In this document: positions 40,499 through 50,578 of the stretch, piece by piece
How the letters are laid out: every line of letters starts with the position of its first letter
How positions within the stretch are numbered: position 1 is the first letter of the stretch
Assembly (NCBI GenBank): GCA_021108075.1
Contig: JAIORP010000135.1
Span: 23,938-87,937 of the forward strand
From: Candidatus Omnitrophota bacterium
GTDB taxonomy: Bacteria; Omnitrophota; Gorgyraeia; Zapsychrales; Zapsychraceae
Direction: 5' to 3'
DNA: 64,000 nt
Made by a program: the position numbers and the translations under genes
The notes under the pieces: generated by a model
What the model was told of the DNA's origin: nothing
The model's input: the letters and a program-made list of their open reading frames with translations, nothing else
The model's database searches: none

Positions 40499-41026
40499 AT
40501 GGCTCAAAAGAAAAAAAATAAAATGAAAGTCTCAAAATCCAAAAGTCCCTACATCATTGTTAGAGGTTCTGATATCCACAATAAAGGCGTTTTTTCCAAA
40601 AAAAATATTCCGGGCGGAACGCGCATCATAGAATACATTGGTGAAAAAATCACCAAGAAAGAATCTGAACGGCGAGCTGATCTGCCCCTACAAAAAAACA
40701 AACAAAACCCGGAGTACGGGGCGGTCTACATCTTTGAACTCAACAAACGTTATGACATAGATGGTTATGTTACCTACAACACCGCTCGATACATCAACCA
40801 TTCTTGCTCTCCTAACTGTGAAACTCAAAATATTCGTGGACACATATGGATTATCGCCATAAAAGACATTCCCCGGGGGGGAGAATTAACATACAACTAC
40901 GGTTATGACATGGAAAACTATGAAGATCACCCCTGCCGTTGCCAATCTGATAATTGTATGGGCTATATTCTGGCAGAGGAACACTGGAAAAAACTAAAAA
41001 ACCGGAAACTTTCACTCAAGTCGTAA
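40499..41026 (+). CDS. SET-domain protein lysine methyltransferase
   Basis: KGVF, IIEYIGE, RYINHSCSPNC, ELTYNY, post-SET CRCQSDNCMG. Confidence 0.92.
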   Translation: MAQKKKNKMKVSKSKSPYIIVRGSDIHNKGVFSKKNIPGGTRIIEYIGEKITKKESERRADLPLQKNKQNPEYGAVYIFELNKRYDIDGYVTYNTARYINHSCSPNCETQNIRGHIWIIAIKDIPRGGELTYNYGYDMENYEDHPCRCQSDNCMGYILAEEHWKKLKNRKLSLKS

Positions 41027-41167
41027 TTACTATCCCAAAACATTAATGCATTCACTCACCGCTTTATCGGCAAATACGTATTTAAGCGTATAAAATAAAT
41101 TCTCAGGAAACATTGCTTAGAATTGTTCTTTTGATATAATACTATAAATATTTTTAATTATATTTAT

Positions 41168-42601
41168 ATGCCCATGCAGAAAAATATCCAAATTCTATTT
41201 ATATGTTCACTTCTCTTGATACCAGTCAAGTCTGCCTTTGCTCATAATAACAAATTGGTTCACAGTTTTGTCAAACAGGGCATATTATTATATGAACAGG
41301 GCGAAATCAACAGTGCCATAGACGACTTTAGCCGGGCCCTGTTATTAGATCCCCACAACTCTCAAGCCCAATCACAACTGGTCAAAATCATTTCTCACCC
41401 AAGTCTAGATGCCAGAGGAAGAATAAACCTGCTTGTTTTTGAGGATCTGATCGACTACACAAAAAAACTTAAAGGGAAAATAGACTATGTCCAATTCAAA
41501 AATAATCTGTTAAAAAAAGAACTCTATAGAAAAGGCTACACCAAAGAATCATTAACCAAAGAAATGACCCGCAGAAAAATTTACATCCTTGATGCCCAGA
41601 AAAAAACACAACTCAAAGACAGGGAGATTCTAAAAAATCACGATATCCCCTTAGAAATCGTCAACGCAAACCTTAATTATGAAAAAAAAGAATTAAACAA
41701 CAAACTCATTTCTTTACAAAATACATATAATTTCTTTAGAGAATTGGACAAAGAAATCCCTCTTGATCTTTCTGACTTTGAATTGATTCAAAATGATCAG
41801 ACAACAAAGGCACTAAAAAGCTATTATTCCACACAAAAAGAAGGACTAGAAACCCGGAAACAAGATATCAATGCATTCACACAAGATCTAAAAAATCTCA
41901 AAATGAAATTACGGGCACAAAAAAGATCACACACCCCGGACGACAAAAAAATTACTGACCTGACAGAAGAAATTGTTGATCTATCTTTAAAATTAGCAGA
42001 AAAAGAAAGGGCCCTGACCGATAAGGTCGAAGAAATTTCTTGTTTGAATCAAGAATTTTTGGATCTTCAAGAACGCTTCAAGCTTGAACAAAAAATTATT
42101 AAAGAAAAAAATCTTCACATCAACACATTGCAGTCCGAGATCCAAACGGCGCATGAAAAAACAAACGAATGGCGCGCAGAATTTGATAAAGTCCTGTCGC
42201 AAAGAACAATAAAGCTGTCAGAATTAAATGGAATCATTAAAATTTACAAACAAAAATTAACGTCTACAAATAGCAATATCAAAACACAATCCGCGGATAT
42301 TACCACGCTTGAAGAACAAATAAACACGATTCAACAAGAATTATATGATAAAGATAAATTTATTGAAAGAACCAAAAACGATTTAGCCTATTTTGAAACT
42401 GAACTCATTAGTATTAAAAAAGGAATCCTCAACCTCAAAAGCTATCCCCGGAAAGCCGGGTATTATAATCCTGAAGTCGTCGAAAAAAACATTTTAGAAT
42501 TATATGCTCAAATCCGAGATGCCCAAAAATATTTGTTAAAGCAATTACAGGACTTTGAAAAATTCAAAAATCAAGAAAATCTAACCACAAATAATGAATA
42601 A
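41168..42601 (+). CDS. Secreted TPR + long coiled-coil protein
   Basis: Signal peptide (AFA), TPR-like G...Y..G....A...F.RAL.LDP.N..A, then heptad repeats. Confidence 0.78.
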   Translation: MPMQKNIQILFICSLLLIPVKSAFAHNNKLVHSFVKQGILLYEQGEINSAIDDFSRALLLDPHNSQAQSQLVKIISHPSLDARGRINLLVFEDLIDYTKKLKGKIDYVQFKNNLLKKELYRKGYTKESLTKEMTRRKIYILDAQKKTQLKDREILKNHDIPLEIVNANLNYEKKELNNKLISLQNTYNFFRELDKEIPLDLSDFELIQNDQTTKALKSYYSTQKEGLETRKQDINAFTQDLKNLKMKLRAQKRSHTPDDKKITDLTEEIVDLSLKLAEKERALTDKVEEISCLNQEFLDLQERFKLEQKIIKEKNLHINTLQSEIQTAHEKTNEWRAEFDKVLSQRTIKLSELNGIIKIYKQKLTSTNSNIKTQSADITTLEEQINTIQQELYDKDKFIERTKNDLAYFETELISIKKGILNLKSYPRKAGYYNPEVVEKNILELYAQIRDAQKYLLKQLQDFEKFKNQENLTTNNE

Positions 42602-42664
42602 AATCTCATCTTTTTCTTCATACCCGGATACATAATTCAACTTTATTTCTAAAAGGATTTTGCC

Positions 42665-44203
42665 ATGAAACCAAAATTAATTATCTCAATATTTTTCTTT
42701 ATCATTTTTTTAAATGGAATGTCCGCTCTGCCGGTCAGGGCAGAAGGACTGGCGTCTGCCGTTGTCAAAATATTTGTAACCTCAAGCCCCATCGATTACT
42801 ACCGCCCCTGGCAATCGCGCGGAATCACAAAATCCTTTGGATCAGGCGTCATTCTTCCCGACAACACAATCCTGACAAACGCGCATGTCGTCGCACATCA
42901 CACCTTCATTCAGGTAAAAAAATACAATGATGCAAAAAAATACACAGCCCAAGTTATTGCGATTGGCACAGATTGTGATTTAGCTCTTATTAAAGTTGAT
43001 AATCCGGATTTCTATAAAAATATTCCTACAGTTGAGATTGGAGAACTGCCTCAAGTCCAAGATACGGTAACGGTATTAGGTTATCCCAGGGGAGGAGACA
43101 AATTGTCCATTACTGAAGGTGTCGTTTCAAGAATTGAAATAACGGCCTACGCCCTTAGTTCCCGTCGATTATTAACCGTACAAATCGATGCGGCGATCAA
43201 CCCGGGGAATAGCGGCGGCCCTGTTTTTCAAAACGGTAAACTTGTCGGTATCGCCATGCAGAAATTATCAACTGGTCAAAATATCGGCTACATGATACCT
43301 CCACCAATTATCAATCATTTTTTCAATGACCTTAAAGATGGTCAATATGATGGGTTCCCTTACCTGGGCATTGAGTTCGAAATCACTGAGAATAAAAACT
43401 TACGAGCATACTTTAATATTGACAATGTTACAGGGGGTGTTATTGTTGAGTCCGTCATCCCGTTTGCTCCAGCTGACAAAAAACTTCAATCCGGCGATAT
43501 CATCACTCAAATCAATAATATCATCATCGACGAAGATGCGACATATCTGTTCAGAGATAATGAACGCTTAATCCTGACCCATCTGATCTCACAACAACAA
43601 ATCAAAGACAATATCTCCGTTCATTTTATCCGTGAGGGGGAAGCAGCTTCTGTCAATATCCCGCTAAAAAAAATGCCCTTTTTAGTGCCCCCGCCTCAAT
43701 TCTATGATAAACCGCCCTATTACATTTATGGAGGAATCGTCTTCACGGTATTAAGCAATGATCTGCTTTTATCGTGGGGAAGACGATGGTGGGAGAAAGC
43801 ACCGAACGAATTAAATTATTACATGATCGGTAATGGCCGTAAAAATGCATCTCTGCGAGAAAACCTGGTCGTCCTGCTAGACATCTTGTCCGATGACGTT
43901 AATGTCGGTTACCACAACCACAAAAATCAAATCATTAAAAAAATTAACGGAATAAAGATCACATCATTTCAAAATTTTGTTCAAACGATAAATTCAGTGA
44001 AAAGGTCAAAGAAATATACCAAGATCGAAACGGAAAACAACGCTATCATTATTCTTAAGAATGAAAATATTGATGAAATTAATTCTGCGATATTGAGCCG
44101 CAACAACATTCCTTTTGCATACTCAAAAGACGTTAAAAAATGGATCGACGCTGATCAAGAAAAGAAAAAGGATAAGGAACCGGAGGAACCGGATGACCCA
44201 TGA
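42665..44203 (+). CDS. DegP/HtrA-family serine protease with PDZ domains (Deg2-like)
   Basis: TNAHVV, CDLAL, AAINPGNSGGP; signal peptide. Confidence 0.93.
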   Translation: MKPKLIISIFFFIIFLNGMSALPVRAEGLASAVVKIFVTSSPIDYYRPWQSRGITKSFGSGVILPDNTILTNAHVVAHHTFIQVKKYNDAKKYTAQVIAIGTDCDLALIKVDNPDFYKNIPTVEIGELPQVQDTVTVLGYPRGGDKLSITEGVVSRIEITAYALSSRRLLTVQIDAAINPGNSGGPVFQNGKLVGIAMQKLSTGQNIGYMIPPPIINHFFNDLKDGQYDGFPYLGIEFEITENKNLRAYFNIDNVTGGVIVESVIPFAPADKKLQSGDIITQINNIIIDEDATYLFRDNERLILTHLISQQQIKDNISVHFIREGEAASVNIPLKKMPFLVPPPQFYDKPPYYIYGGIVFTVLSNDLLLSWGRRWWEKAPNELNYYMIGNGRKNASLRENLVVLLDILSDDVNVGYHNHKNQIIKKINGIKITSFQNFVQTINSVKRSKKYTKIETENNAIIILKNENIDEINSAILSRNNIPFAYSKDVKKWIDADQEKKKDKEPEEPDDP

Positions 44204-45122
44204 AATAGATCAAAAATATAACCTGAACAAAACCCGGAAACTCTTTATCAAAGGGTTTGTGATCGGATTGGCCAACGCAATACCCGGGGTGTCAGGGGGA
44301 ACAATCGCCTTCATGTTTGGAATTTATAATGACTTGATTCTGTCGATTAAGTCTGTCAACCTTCGACTCCTAAAAACATTGTTGCAATTTAAATTCAAAG
44401 AGGCATCAGATCTAATCCCGTGGCGTTTTCTGGCGACTGTTTTTCTTGGTGCAGGCTGTGCGATCATCACTTTATCAAAAGTGCTCGCGTTTTTATTTAT
44501 ACATAATCCCGTCTTGATCCTGTCATTTTTCTTTGGTCTGATTCTCGCCACAATACCCATCATGACCTCGGTGATAAAAAAATGGACCATCACAAAATAC
44601 ATAATCATGTTCCTGTCCACAATAGCAACCTACCATCTTGTTGGTATGGTTCCTCTTCAGACACCAAATGCTTTGTGGTTCATTTTTCTTTGTGGTGTTT
44701 TTGCGATGGCGACAATGATTTTACCTGGGATTTCCGGTTCATTTGTTCTTTTGCTCCTGGGCAAATATCTATTTATATTACAAGCTGTCAATGAAAGAAA
44801 TCTGATCATTATCTGTGTGTTTGGGCTAGGGGCGATGATCGGCGTTGTCTCCATTGCTCAGTTACTCAGCCGACTCTTAAAAAACCACCATGACCGCACG
44901 ATGATTATCCTAACCGCTTTTGTGGTAGGATCGCTTCGAAAAATATGGCCCTGGAAGGAAACCCTAAGTTCAATCACAAATATGAAGGGGGAGGTCATTC
45001 CAACCCATCAGGTTAATACGTTACCACAGGCTTTCACTCCCGAACTAATCTGGGCGATCGTACTAATGGTCATTGGATTTCTCTTCGCTTTGTTGATCAA
45101 TTCAACAACGAAAGACGTATAA
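44193..45122 (+). CDS. DUF368-family membrane protein
   Basis: IPGVSGGTIA and ILPGISGS motifs; start at ATG 44193 after GGAGG. Confidence 0.88.
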   Translation: MTHEIDQKYNLNKTRKLFIKGFVIGLANAIPGVSGGTIAFMFGIYNDLILSIKSVNLRLLKTLLQFKFKEASDLIPWRFLATVFLGAGCAIITLSKVLAFLFIHNPVLILSFFFGLILATIPIMTSVIKKWTITKYIIMFLSTIATYHLVGMVPLQTPNALWFIFLCGVFAMATMILPGISGSFVLLLLGKYLFILQAVNERNLIIICVFGLGAMIGVVSIAQLLSRLLKNHHDRTMIILTAFVVGSLRKIWPWKETLSSITNMKGEVIPTHQVNTLPQAFTPELIWAIVLMVIGFLFALLINSTTKDV

Positions 45123-45208
45123 AACAGGCATATTATGGAAAAGACTAAAACTTGCAGTATTCATATATTATAGTATAATTAAAGTAATCATAAAATTTAT
45201 ATTAGAAG

Positions 45209-45700
45209 GTGCCTTTGATGAAAATAATATTTAAAATCATTCTTATTTCCATAACCGTCCTCGTTGTTAATCCATGCCACTCGTCTGAGATAGATCTTAT
45301 TAATGAAGCGCCCTTATCTCTACGCTATAAATTCCTTCATTCCAGAGGGAAACCATGGAAGAATGCAGCCATAGAAGAAAAACGGGCATTCTTGCGCGAC
45401 TACTTAAAAGGAGAACGAACTTACTTCAAAGCACTTCAACAACAAAAGAAAAATCGCTCAGCAGAAATCAAGAATCAAAAAAAGAAAATCAAAGAACAAA
45501 AAAAGGCCATTGCAAGAATAAAAAACGCTCGATTAAAAGCTGAATATGTAAAACAACGTAAACGAATTAAGGAAAGAAATAGAATTACTAAACAACGCCA
45601 ACAAGCCAGAAAAAGGATGCAGGATCTTAAACGACAATCCAAGAAAAAAAATAACGAACGTAAAAAGAGAGCCGCGAAAAGAAACAAAAAGAGACGCTAA
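45209..45700 (+). CDS. Highly basic K/R-rich protein with a signal peptide
   Basis: Hydrophobic N-terminus followed by a K/R-rich helix. Confidence 0.65.
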   Translation: MPLMKIIFKIILISITVLVVNPCHSSEIDLINEAPLSLRYKFLHSRGKPWKNAAIEEKRAFLRDYLKGERTYFKALQQQKKNRSAEIKNQKKKIKEQKKAIARIKNARLKAEYVKQRKRIKERNRITKQRQQARKRMQDLKRQSKKKNNERKKRAAKRNKKRR

Positions 45701-45779
45701 ACACCATTGGCCATCAGACATCGCTTTTTAACCTTTAATCTCCCACTTAACCCTTTCTAAAATAATATACAATCCAAAA

Positions 45780-46445
45780 ATGTTAAAAGAATACTCTGTC
45801 AATTCAATCCTATTTGATATGGATGGTGTCATCACAAATACTATGCCGGATCATTTTAAAGCCTGGAAAATAACGCTCAGGGCAATCGGAGTAAACGTGA
45901 CTCATCTGGACATTTACGCCAGAGAAGGACAAAGAGGGATGAACAGCATTCGAGAACTGCTACAGTCAAAAAAAATACAGTTTACAGACCGACAACTGCT
46001 TGATATTTTATCTGCGAAAGAGGCTATCTTTAAAAAAATAGTTTCAGTTCGATATATCCCCGGAGCACGAACACTGCTAAAATCATGTCACAAAAAGGGA
46101 CTGCAATTAGGACTTGTTACGGGAACGTCCTATCCGGAAACAAAAAAAATATTGCCCGATAAGTATTTCGATTTATTTTCGTGCGTCATTACTGGAGATA
46201 TTGTTAAGCTAGGCAAACCAAACCCTGAACCTTATCTGCTTGCTTTAAAAATGTTACAGGTGTCCGCGAAAGACACAATCGTCATCGAGAATGCACCCCT
46301 GGGTATCCGGTCAGCCAAACAAGCTGGTATCAGATGCTTCGCGCTTGAAACATCTCTGCCGATGAAATATTTGAAAGAAGCGGATATGATATTTAAATCT
46401 TTTAAAGAATTCAATCAAAACGTTCATTTAAAAAAATTGCCGTAA
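45780..46445 (+). CDS. HAD-superfamily phosphatase (beta-phosphoglucomutase-like)
   Basis: FDMDGVI, LVTGT, GKPNPEPY, VIENAPLG. Confidence 0.9.
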   Translation: MLKEYSVNSILFDMDGVITNTMPDHFKAWKITLRAIGVNVTHLDIYAREGQRGMNSIRELLQSKKIQFTDRQLLDILSAKEAIFKKIVSVRYIPGARTLLKSCHKKGLQLGLVTGTSYPETKKILPDKYFDLFSCVITGDIVKLGKPNPEPYLLALKMLQVSAKDTIVIENAPLGIRSAKQAGIRCFALETSLPMKYLKEADMIFKSFKEFNQNVHLKKLP

Positions 46446-46446
46446 T

Positions 46447-47334
46447 ATGTTATGCTCTAAAAAAATGAAAATTAAAAACATTTTATTATTTTACAAAAAA
46501 AGCACATACGATTTATATTTCATCAAGCATAAAGACGTATTCCAGCCATGTTCACAAATCTTGAAAAAACGCATGGATATTTTACGACAAGCGCATGAAG
46601 AACATTATCAATCTTTGAAGAAAGTGGAACGTTTATTAAAAAAATATCATATTCCCTATGTGAAACGTCAACGTGGGACTAAAAGCGATATCACCAAATT
46701 TAATTTAATCCTTTCTTTTGGTGGAGATGGAACTTTTCTAGAAGCTGCCCGCGTATCGCCTGGAAGTTTCATTGTGGGCATCAACTCAGCACCAAACTTT
46801 AGCGTAGGCTGTCTCTGCACAATGACTCCGCAAAATGCTGAAAATTTTTTTATAGGCTTATCGACCGGCCAATATGCTGAAAAAACATTCCACAAAATCA
46901 ATGTTCTCCTCCCAGGTCACAAAAATCTCAACGCTATTAATGACGTATTAATCGCGCACAAAAACCCGGCAGCTACAAGTCGATATCTCATAAAGATTGA
47001 CAAAACAAGTGAGGAACAGCGTAGTTCAGGAATATGGATATCAACACCTATAGGCAGCACAGCCGGCATTATGTCTGCCGGGGGAAAACAAATAGAGAAG
47101 CATCAAAACAAATTTCAATACATGCCCCGGGAGATTTATGTCTACAAGAATATAAAATACAAACTAACTGGTTCAATCCTTAAATCAACCCAACAACTCC
47201 ATATCACGTCTTTTATGCGTCAAGGAATGATTTTTATCGATGGCAGTCATTGCCTCCACCCATTTCCTTATGGAGCAAGAATTCGGATATCCTTATCTGC
47301 AACTCCTTTAAAAACGATCATTTTAAAAAAATAA
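46447..47334 (+). CDS. nadK: NAD(+) kinase
   Basis: GGDGTFL, AINDV, SSGIWISTPIGSTA...SAGG. Confidence 0.85.
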   Translation: MLCSKKMKIKNILLFYKKSTYDLYFIKHKDVFQPCSQILKKRMDILRQAHEEHYQSLKKVERLLKKYHIPYVKRQRGTKSDITKFNLILSFGGDGTFLEAARVSPGSFIVGINSAPNFSVGCLCTMTPQNAENFFIGLSTGQYAEKTFHKINVLLPGHKNLNAINDVLIAHKNPAATSRYLIKIDKTSEEQRSSGIWISTPIGSTAGIMSAGGKQIEKHQNKFQYMPREIYVYKNIKYKLTGSILKSTQQLHITSFMRQGMIFIDGSHCLHPFPYGARIRISLSATPLKTIILKK

Positions 47335-47341
47335 CTTCGGA

Positions 47342-48391
47342 ATGAATTCATCTCCAAATTTCTCAAAAAAATTGCTTTTCTGGTATAAAAAAACCGCTCG
47401 AACATTGCCCTGGAGGGAAACCAACGACCCTTACTTGATTTGGATTTCAGAAATCATGTTACAGCAAACAACTGTCAAGGCTGTCATTCCTTATTTCAAA
47501 AATTGGTTAAACAAATATCCCACGATTAAAATTCTGGCCCGAGCTAAGACAGATGAAATATTAAAAATATGGCAAGGACTGGGCTATTACCAACGTGCTA
47601 AAAACATCTTAAAAACAGCAAAAGTTGTGTCTACCCGATATCATGGGCAACTGCCGATGAATTATCAGCAATTACTCCATCTTCCCGGAATAGGACCCTA
47701 CACGGCCGGGGCGATTTTAAGCATCGCGTTTGACAAACCCCTGCCGATTATTGATGCAAATATTCGCAGAGTCATCCTGCGCTTCATCAACAAAAAACTA
47801 AAGACAAAAACAAATTCTGATAAAATTATCTATCAATTTTTAAAACAGCATATGCCAAAAAAGAATTGCAGCCATTTTAATCAATCCCTGATGGAACTGG
47901 GAGCCCTCATTTGCGTTAGTCGCAATCCGTTATGCTTGCAATGTCCGTTAATAAAAGAATGCCTCAGCTTCAAGAATGGGACTCAAGAAATCATCATCCG
48001 CCCGACTAAAAAAACGATCACAACATTACATGTGGCTATTGCAGTAATACGATACCAAAAAAAATTCTACCTGCAAAAACGCGCCTCAACAGGTATTCTT
48101 GCAGACTTATGGGAGTTTCCCGGAGGAAAAATCGAAAAAGGGGAGTCGCCCCTGCAGGCTGTCAAACGGGAAGTTTTAGAAGAATTGGATCTAGCATTGC
48201 ATAAAATCAAGTATCTCACAAAAATTATTCATTTTTATACCCGTTATCGCGTTGTGCTTTATGTGTTTATCTGTGATATAAAAAATATGATAGAAACTAA
48301 TGAACGTTTAAAATTGCTATCTTCACGCGATCTCAAAAATTACCCAATGCCTTCTGGGACTGCAAAAATAGTTTCCTTGCTCAAAAAATAA
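47342..48391 (+). CDS. mutY: A/G-specific adenine glycosylase with a C-terminal Nudix domain
   Basis: LPWR, WISEIMLQQT, WQGLGYY.RA, HhH LPGIGPYTA, C-x6-C-x2-C-x5-C; Nudix box WEFPGGKIEKGE...REVLEEL. Confidence 0.95.
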   Translation: MNSSPNFSKKLLFWYKKTARTLPWRETNDPYLIWISEIMLQQTTVKAVIPYFKNWLNKYPTIKILARAKTDEILKIWQGLGYYQRAKNILKTAKVVSTRYHGQLPMNYQQLLHLPGIGPYTAGAILSIAFDKPLPIIDANIRRVILRFINKKLKTKTNSDKIIYQFLKQHMPKKNCSHFNQSLMELGALICVSRNPLCLQCPLIKECLSFKNGTQEIIIRPTKKTITTLHVAIAVIRYQKKFYLQKRASTGILADLWEFPGGKIEKGESPLQAVKREVLEELDLALHKIKYLTKIIHFYTRYRVVLYVFICDIKNMIETNERLKLLSSRDLKNYPMPSGTAKIVSLLKK

Positions 48392-48421
48392 TAGTATGAT
48401 TATACAAAACTCAATAGATAA

Positions 48422-48501
48422 TACCAATTCCATTAAATAATGACCGGAACCAATTCTGCTTTTCAGAATTAAGATAGAACAATTTATTAATAGATTTGGT
48501 A
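48422..48501 (-). mobile_element. 80-bp MITE, copy 4 (inverted)
   Basis: Reverse complement of copy 1 with about 3 substitutions, flanked by TAA on both sides. Confidence 0.9.
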
Positions 48502-48662
48502 TAATTATCCTATTTAAATGCTAGTATTTTCGTTTGAACATCAATAATATCATAATGACCTTGGTGATTATTTAATAAATTTAGTATAATTGTCTGTTTG
48601 TGCAAAATAATGACGAACGGTCTTTCATCAAAACAAACTAATTCTAAATAAGAGGAGTTCTT

Positions 48663-49412
48663 ATGCGCATATTATTAACTAACGATGATGGCATTGGGGC
48701 CGAAGGATTATTGGCTGTTTATTCAAGTTTAAAAAAAATTGCTGATGTCGATGTGGTCGCGCCATTAGATCAAAAAAGCTCCATTGGACATGCCATCACG
48801 CTTTCCCAACCGCTATTCGCAAAAAATATTTTTAAAAATAAAAAAAAATTCGGAACAGCTATTTCCGGCACGCCAGCTGATTGTGTTAAATTCGCTATCG
48901 GTGTTTTAAAAATAAAACCTGATCTGATTATTTCAGGCATTAATCTCGGGCACAATGACGGATGCAGTGTCTTTTATTCCGGCACTGTAGCCGGAGCCAG
49001 GGAAGCTGCCCTTCTAGGATACCCTGCAATGGCCGTATCACTGGCAACTTTCCAACAACCCGACTACTCATATGCCGCAAAACTCAGCTCAAGACTGGCG
49101 AAAAAAATGATTGAGTTCAAATTCCCTTATGGAAAATTCTTAAATGTCAATATTCCAAACCTAAAGCAAAAAGAAATTAAAGGAGTACGCATAACACGTC
49201 AGTGTACAGATCCGATCCATGGGCTCTTTTATAAAAATATAAATCCTCATGGCGACGAATACTATTGGATGAGTGGAAAGATTCCATCGCCTCAAAAAGA
49301 TGTCAACATCGACACCTATGCCCTCCAACAAAAATACGTCACGGTCACACCGATTCAAAATGATTTAACCGACGCGTCGTTATTAGAAGAAATTAAAAAT
49401 TGGGATTTATAA
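48663..49412 (+). CDS. surE: 5'/3'-nucleotidase SurE
   Basis: ILLTNDDG, GTPADCV, ISGIN.G.N, YSGTVAGA.EA. Confidence 0.96.
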   Translation: MRILLTNDDGIGAEGLLAVYSSLKKIADVDVVAPLDQKSSIGHAITLSQPLFAKNIFKNKKKFGTAISGTPADCVKFAIGVLKIKPDLIISGINLGHNDGCSVFYSGTVAGAREAALLGYPAMAVSLATFQQPDYSYAAKLSSRLAKKMIEFKFPYGKFLNVNIPNLKQKEIKGVRITRQCTDPIHGLFYKNINPHGDEYYWMSGKIPSPQKDVNIDTYALQQKYVTVTPIQNDLTDASLLEEIKNWDL

Positions 49413-49702
49413 TGTCACTTCATCTATTTTTTTATTCATTGATGGAGGAAAAAGCCATCCTCATCATGAAATCCGAAAAGACAAATAGACAGCAATCTAT
49501 CGCACAAATTTGTATCCATTGAAAAAATATGTTCCGGTCCACATTATTTCTATCAGGGCACAAAACCATTGTTACGACTAGAATGACGTCTTTATTTCAT
49601 TTTTTCTGCGTCCATCTATGTCAGTGAAAAATGGCATGATACTTCGTGAGAATCAGACCGTTATCACTCAAAGGGAAAGTGATAAAATAATTCCGAAATA
49701 TA

Positions 49703-49731
49703 TTGATTTAAATATGTATCAGTTGTATTAT
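49703..49731 (+). promoter_or_regulatory. Sigma70-like promoter for the two-gene giant-protein operon
   Basis: TTGATT-17 bp-TATTAT. Confidence 0.45.
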
Positions 49732-49786
49732 TTTTTTATCTATCAATATATATAAATAATAATACTTAACAAAAAATGCGAAAAAT

Positions 49787-50578
49787 ATGAAAAAAATATT
49801 TCATTTTCTGACCATTATTACCTTTATTACCCTATCCGATCATTATGCTTCAGCACAAAAGGTGATCATGGGAGAAATTATTAATGTCAACTATCGATAT
49901 TTAACCGCCTTTTCAGACCTCAGCCGACCATATGTTCAGCCCGGTGACATTGTCGAAATATACAGTGACGGCATGTTCGTAACTTATTTAAAAGTATCCG
50001 AAACTTCAACAGCGATCTCAAAACTCATTCCGATAAAAAGAAAAGGACCATATAAAACGCAGATCAACTTCAAAAAAATCAGCATTGGATTTCAAGTTAA
50101 AAAAATCGATGAAGAGGATGCTTCTTTGTTTATCGAAAAAACAACTGAACAATTACCTCGCGCTATGGAACAACTGCCAGATACGATATCAGAAAACACT
50201 CTTCTCCTTGATGATTCAAACACGACCTTCTCTGATGATTCCTTTAATCAACTCCAGGAAGATTATAATATTCTTAACATTAAATATTCATCTTCTTTAG
50301 AAAGCGCATCCAAATTACAACAAAATTTACAGACTCAAACTCAAAAAATATTTACTTTGCGTGCAGACCTGACAACGTCTCAAGAAAAAATTGAACGACT
50401 GATAAAAAAAAATCAAGAGTTGGAGAGAAAAAATTTAAATAAAGATTTCAGCCAGCAAAAATTATTATATGAAACATGCCAGGACGACCTAACCAATCTC
50501 AATAAAAAAATGTTAATCATTCGGAAAAAACTTCAATATATTTTTAATATCTTAAAAAGAAAGATGGGCAATTTATGA
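49787..50578 (+). CDS. Secreted protein: N-terminal beta domain + C-terminal coiled coil
   Basis: Signal peptide (ASA), beta-rich GEIINVN...PGDIVEIY...LKV region, then heptads; its stop overlaps the next ATG (ATGA). Confidence 0.75.
   Translation: MKKIFHFLTIITFITLSDHYASAQKVIMGEIINVNYRYLTAFSDLSRPYVQPGDIVEIYSDGMFVTYLKVSETSTAISKLIPIKRKGPYKTQINFKKISIGFQVKKIDEEDASLFIEKTTEQLPRAMEQLPDTISENTLLLDDSNTTFSDDSFNQLQEDYNILNIKYSSSLESASKLQQNLQTQTQKIFTLRADLTTSQEKIERLIKKNQELERKNLNKDFSQQKLLYETCQDDLTNLNKKMLIIRKKLQYIFNILKRKMGNL

Noticed and set aside
3196-48501. 80-bp repeats as a CRISPR array
   Set aside because: The copies are dispersed, in both orientations, with no spacers or cas genes
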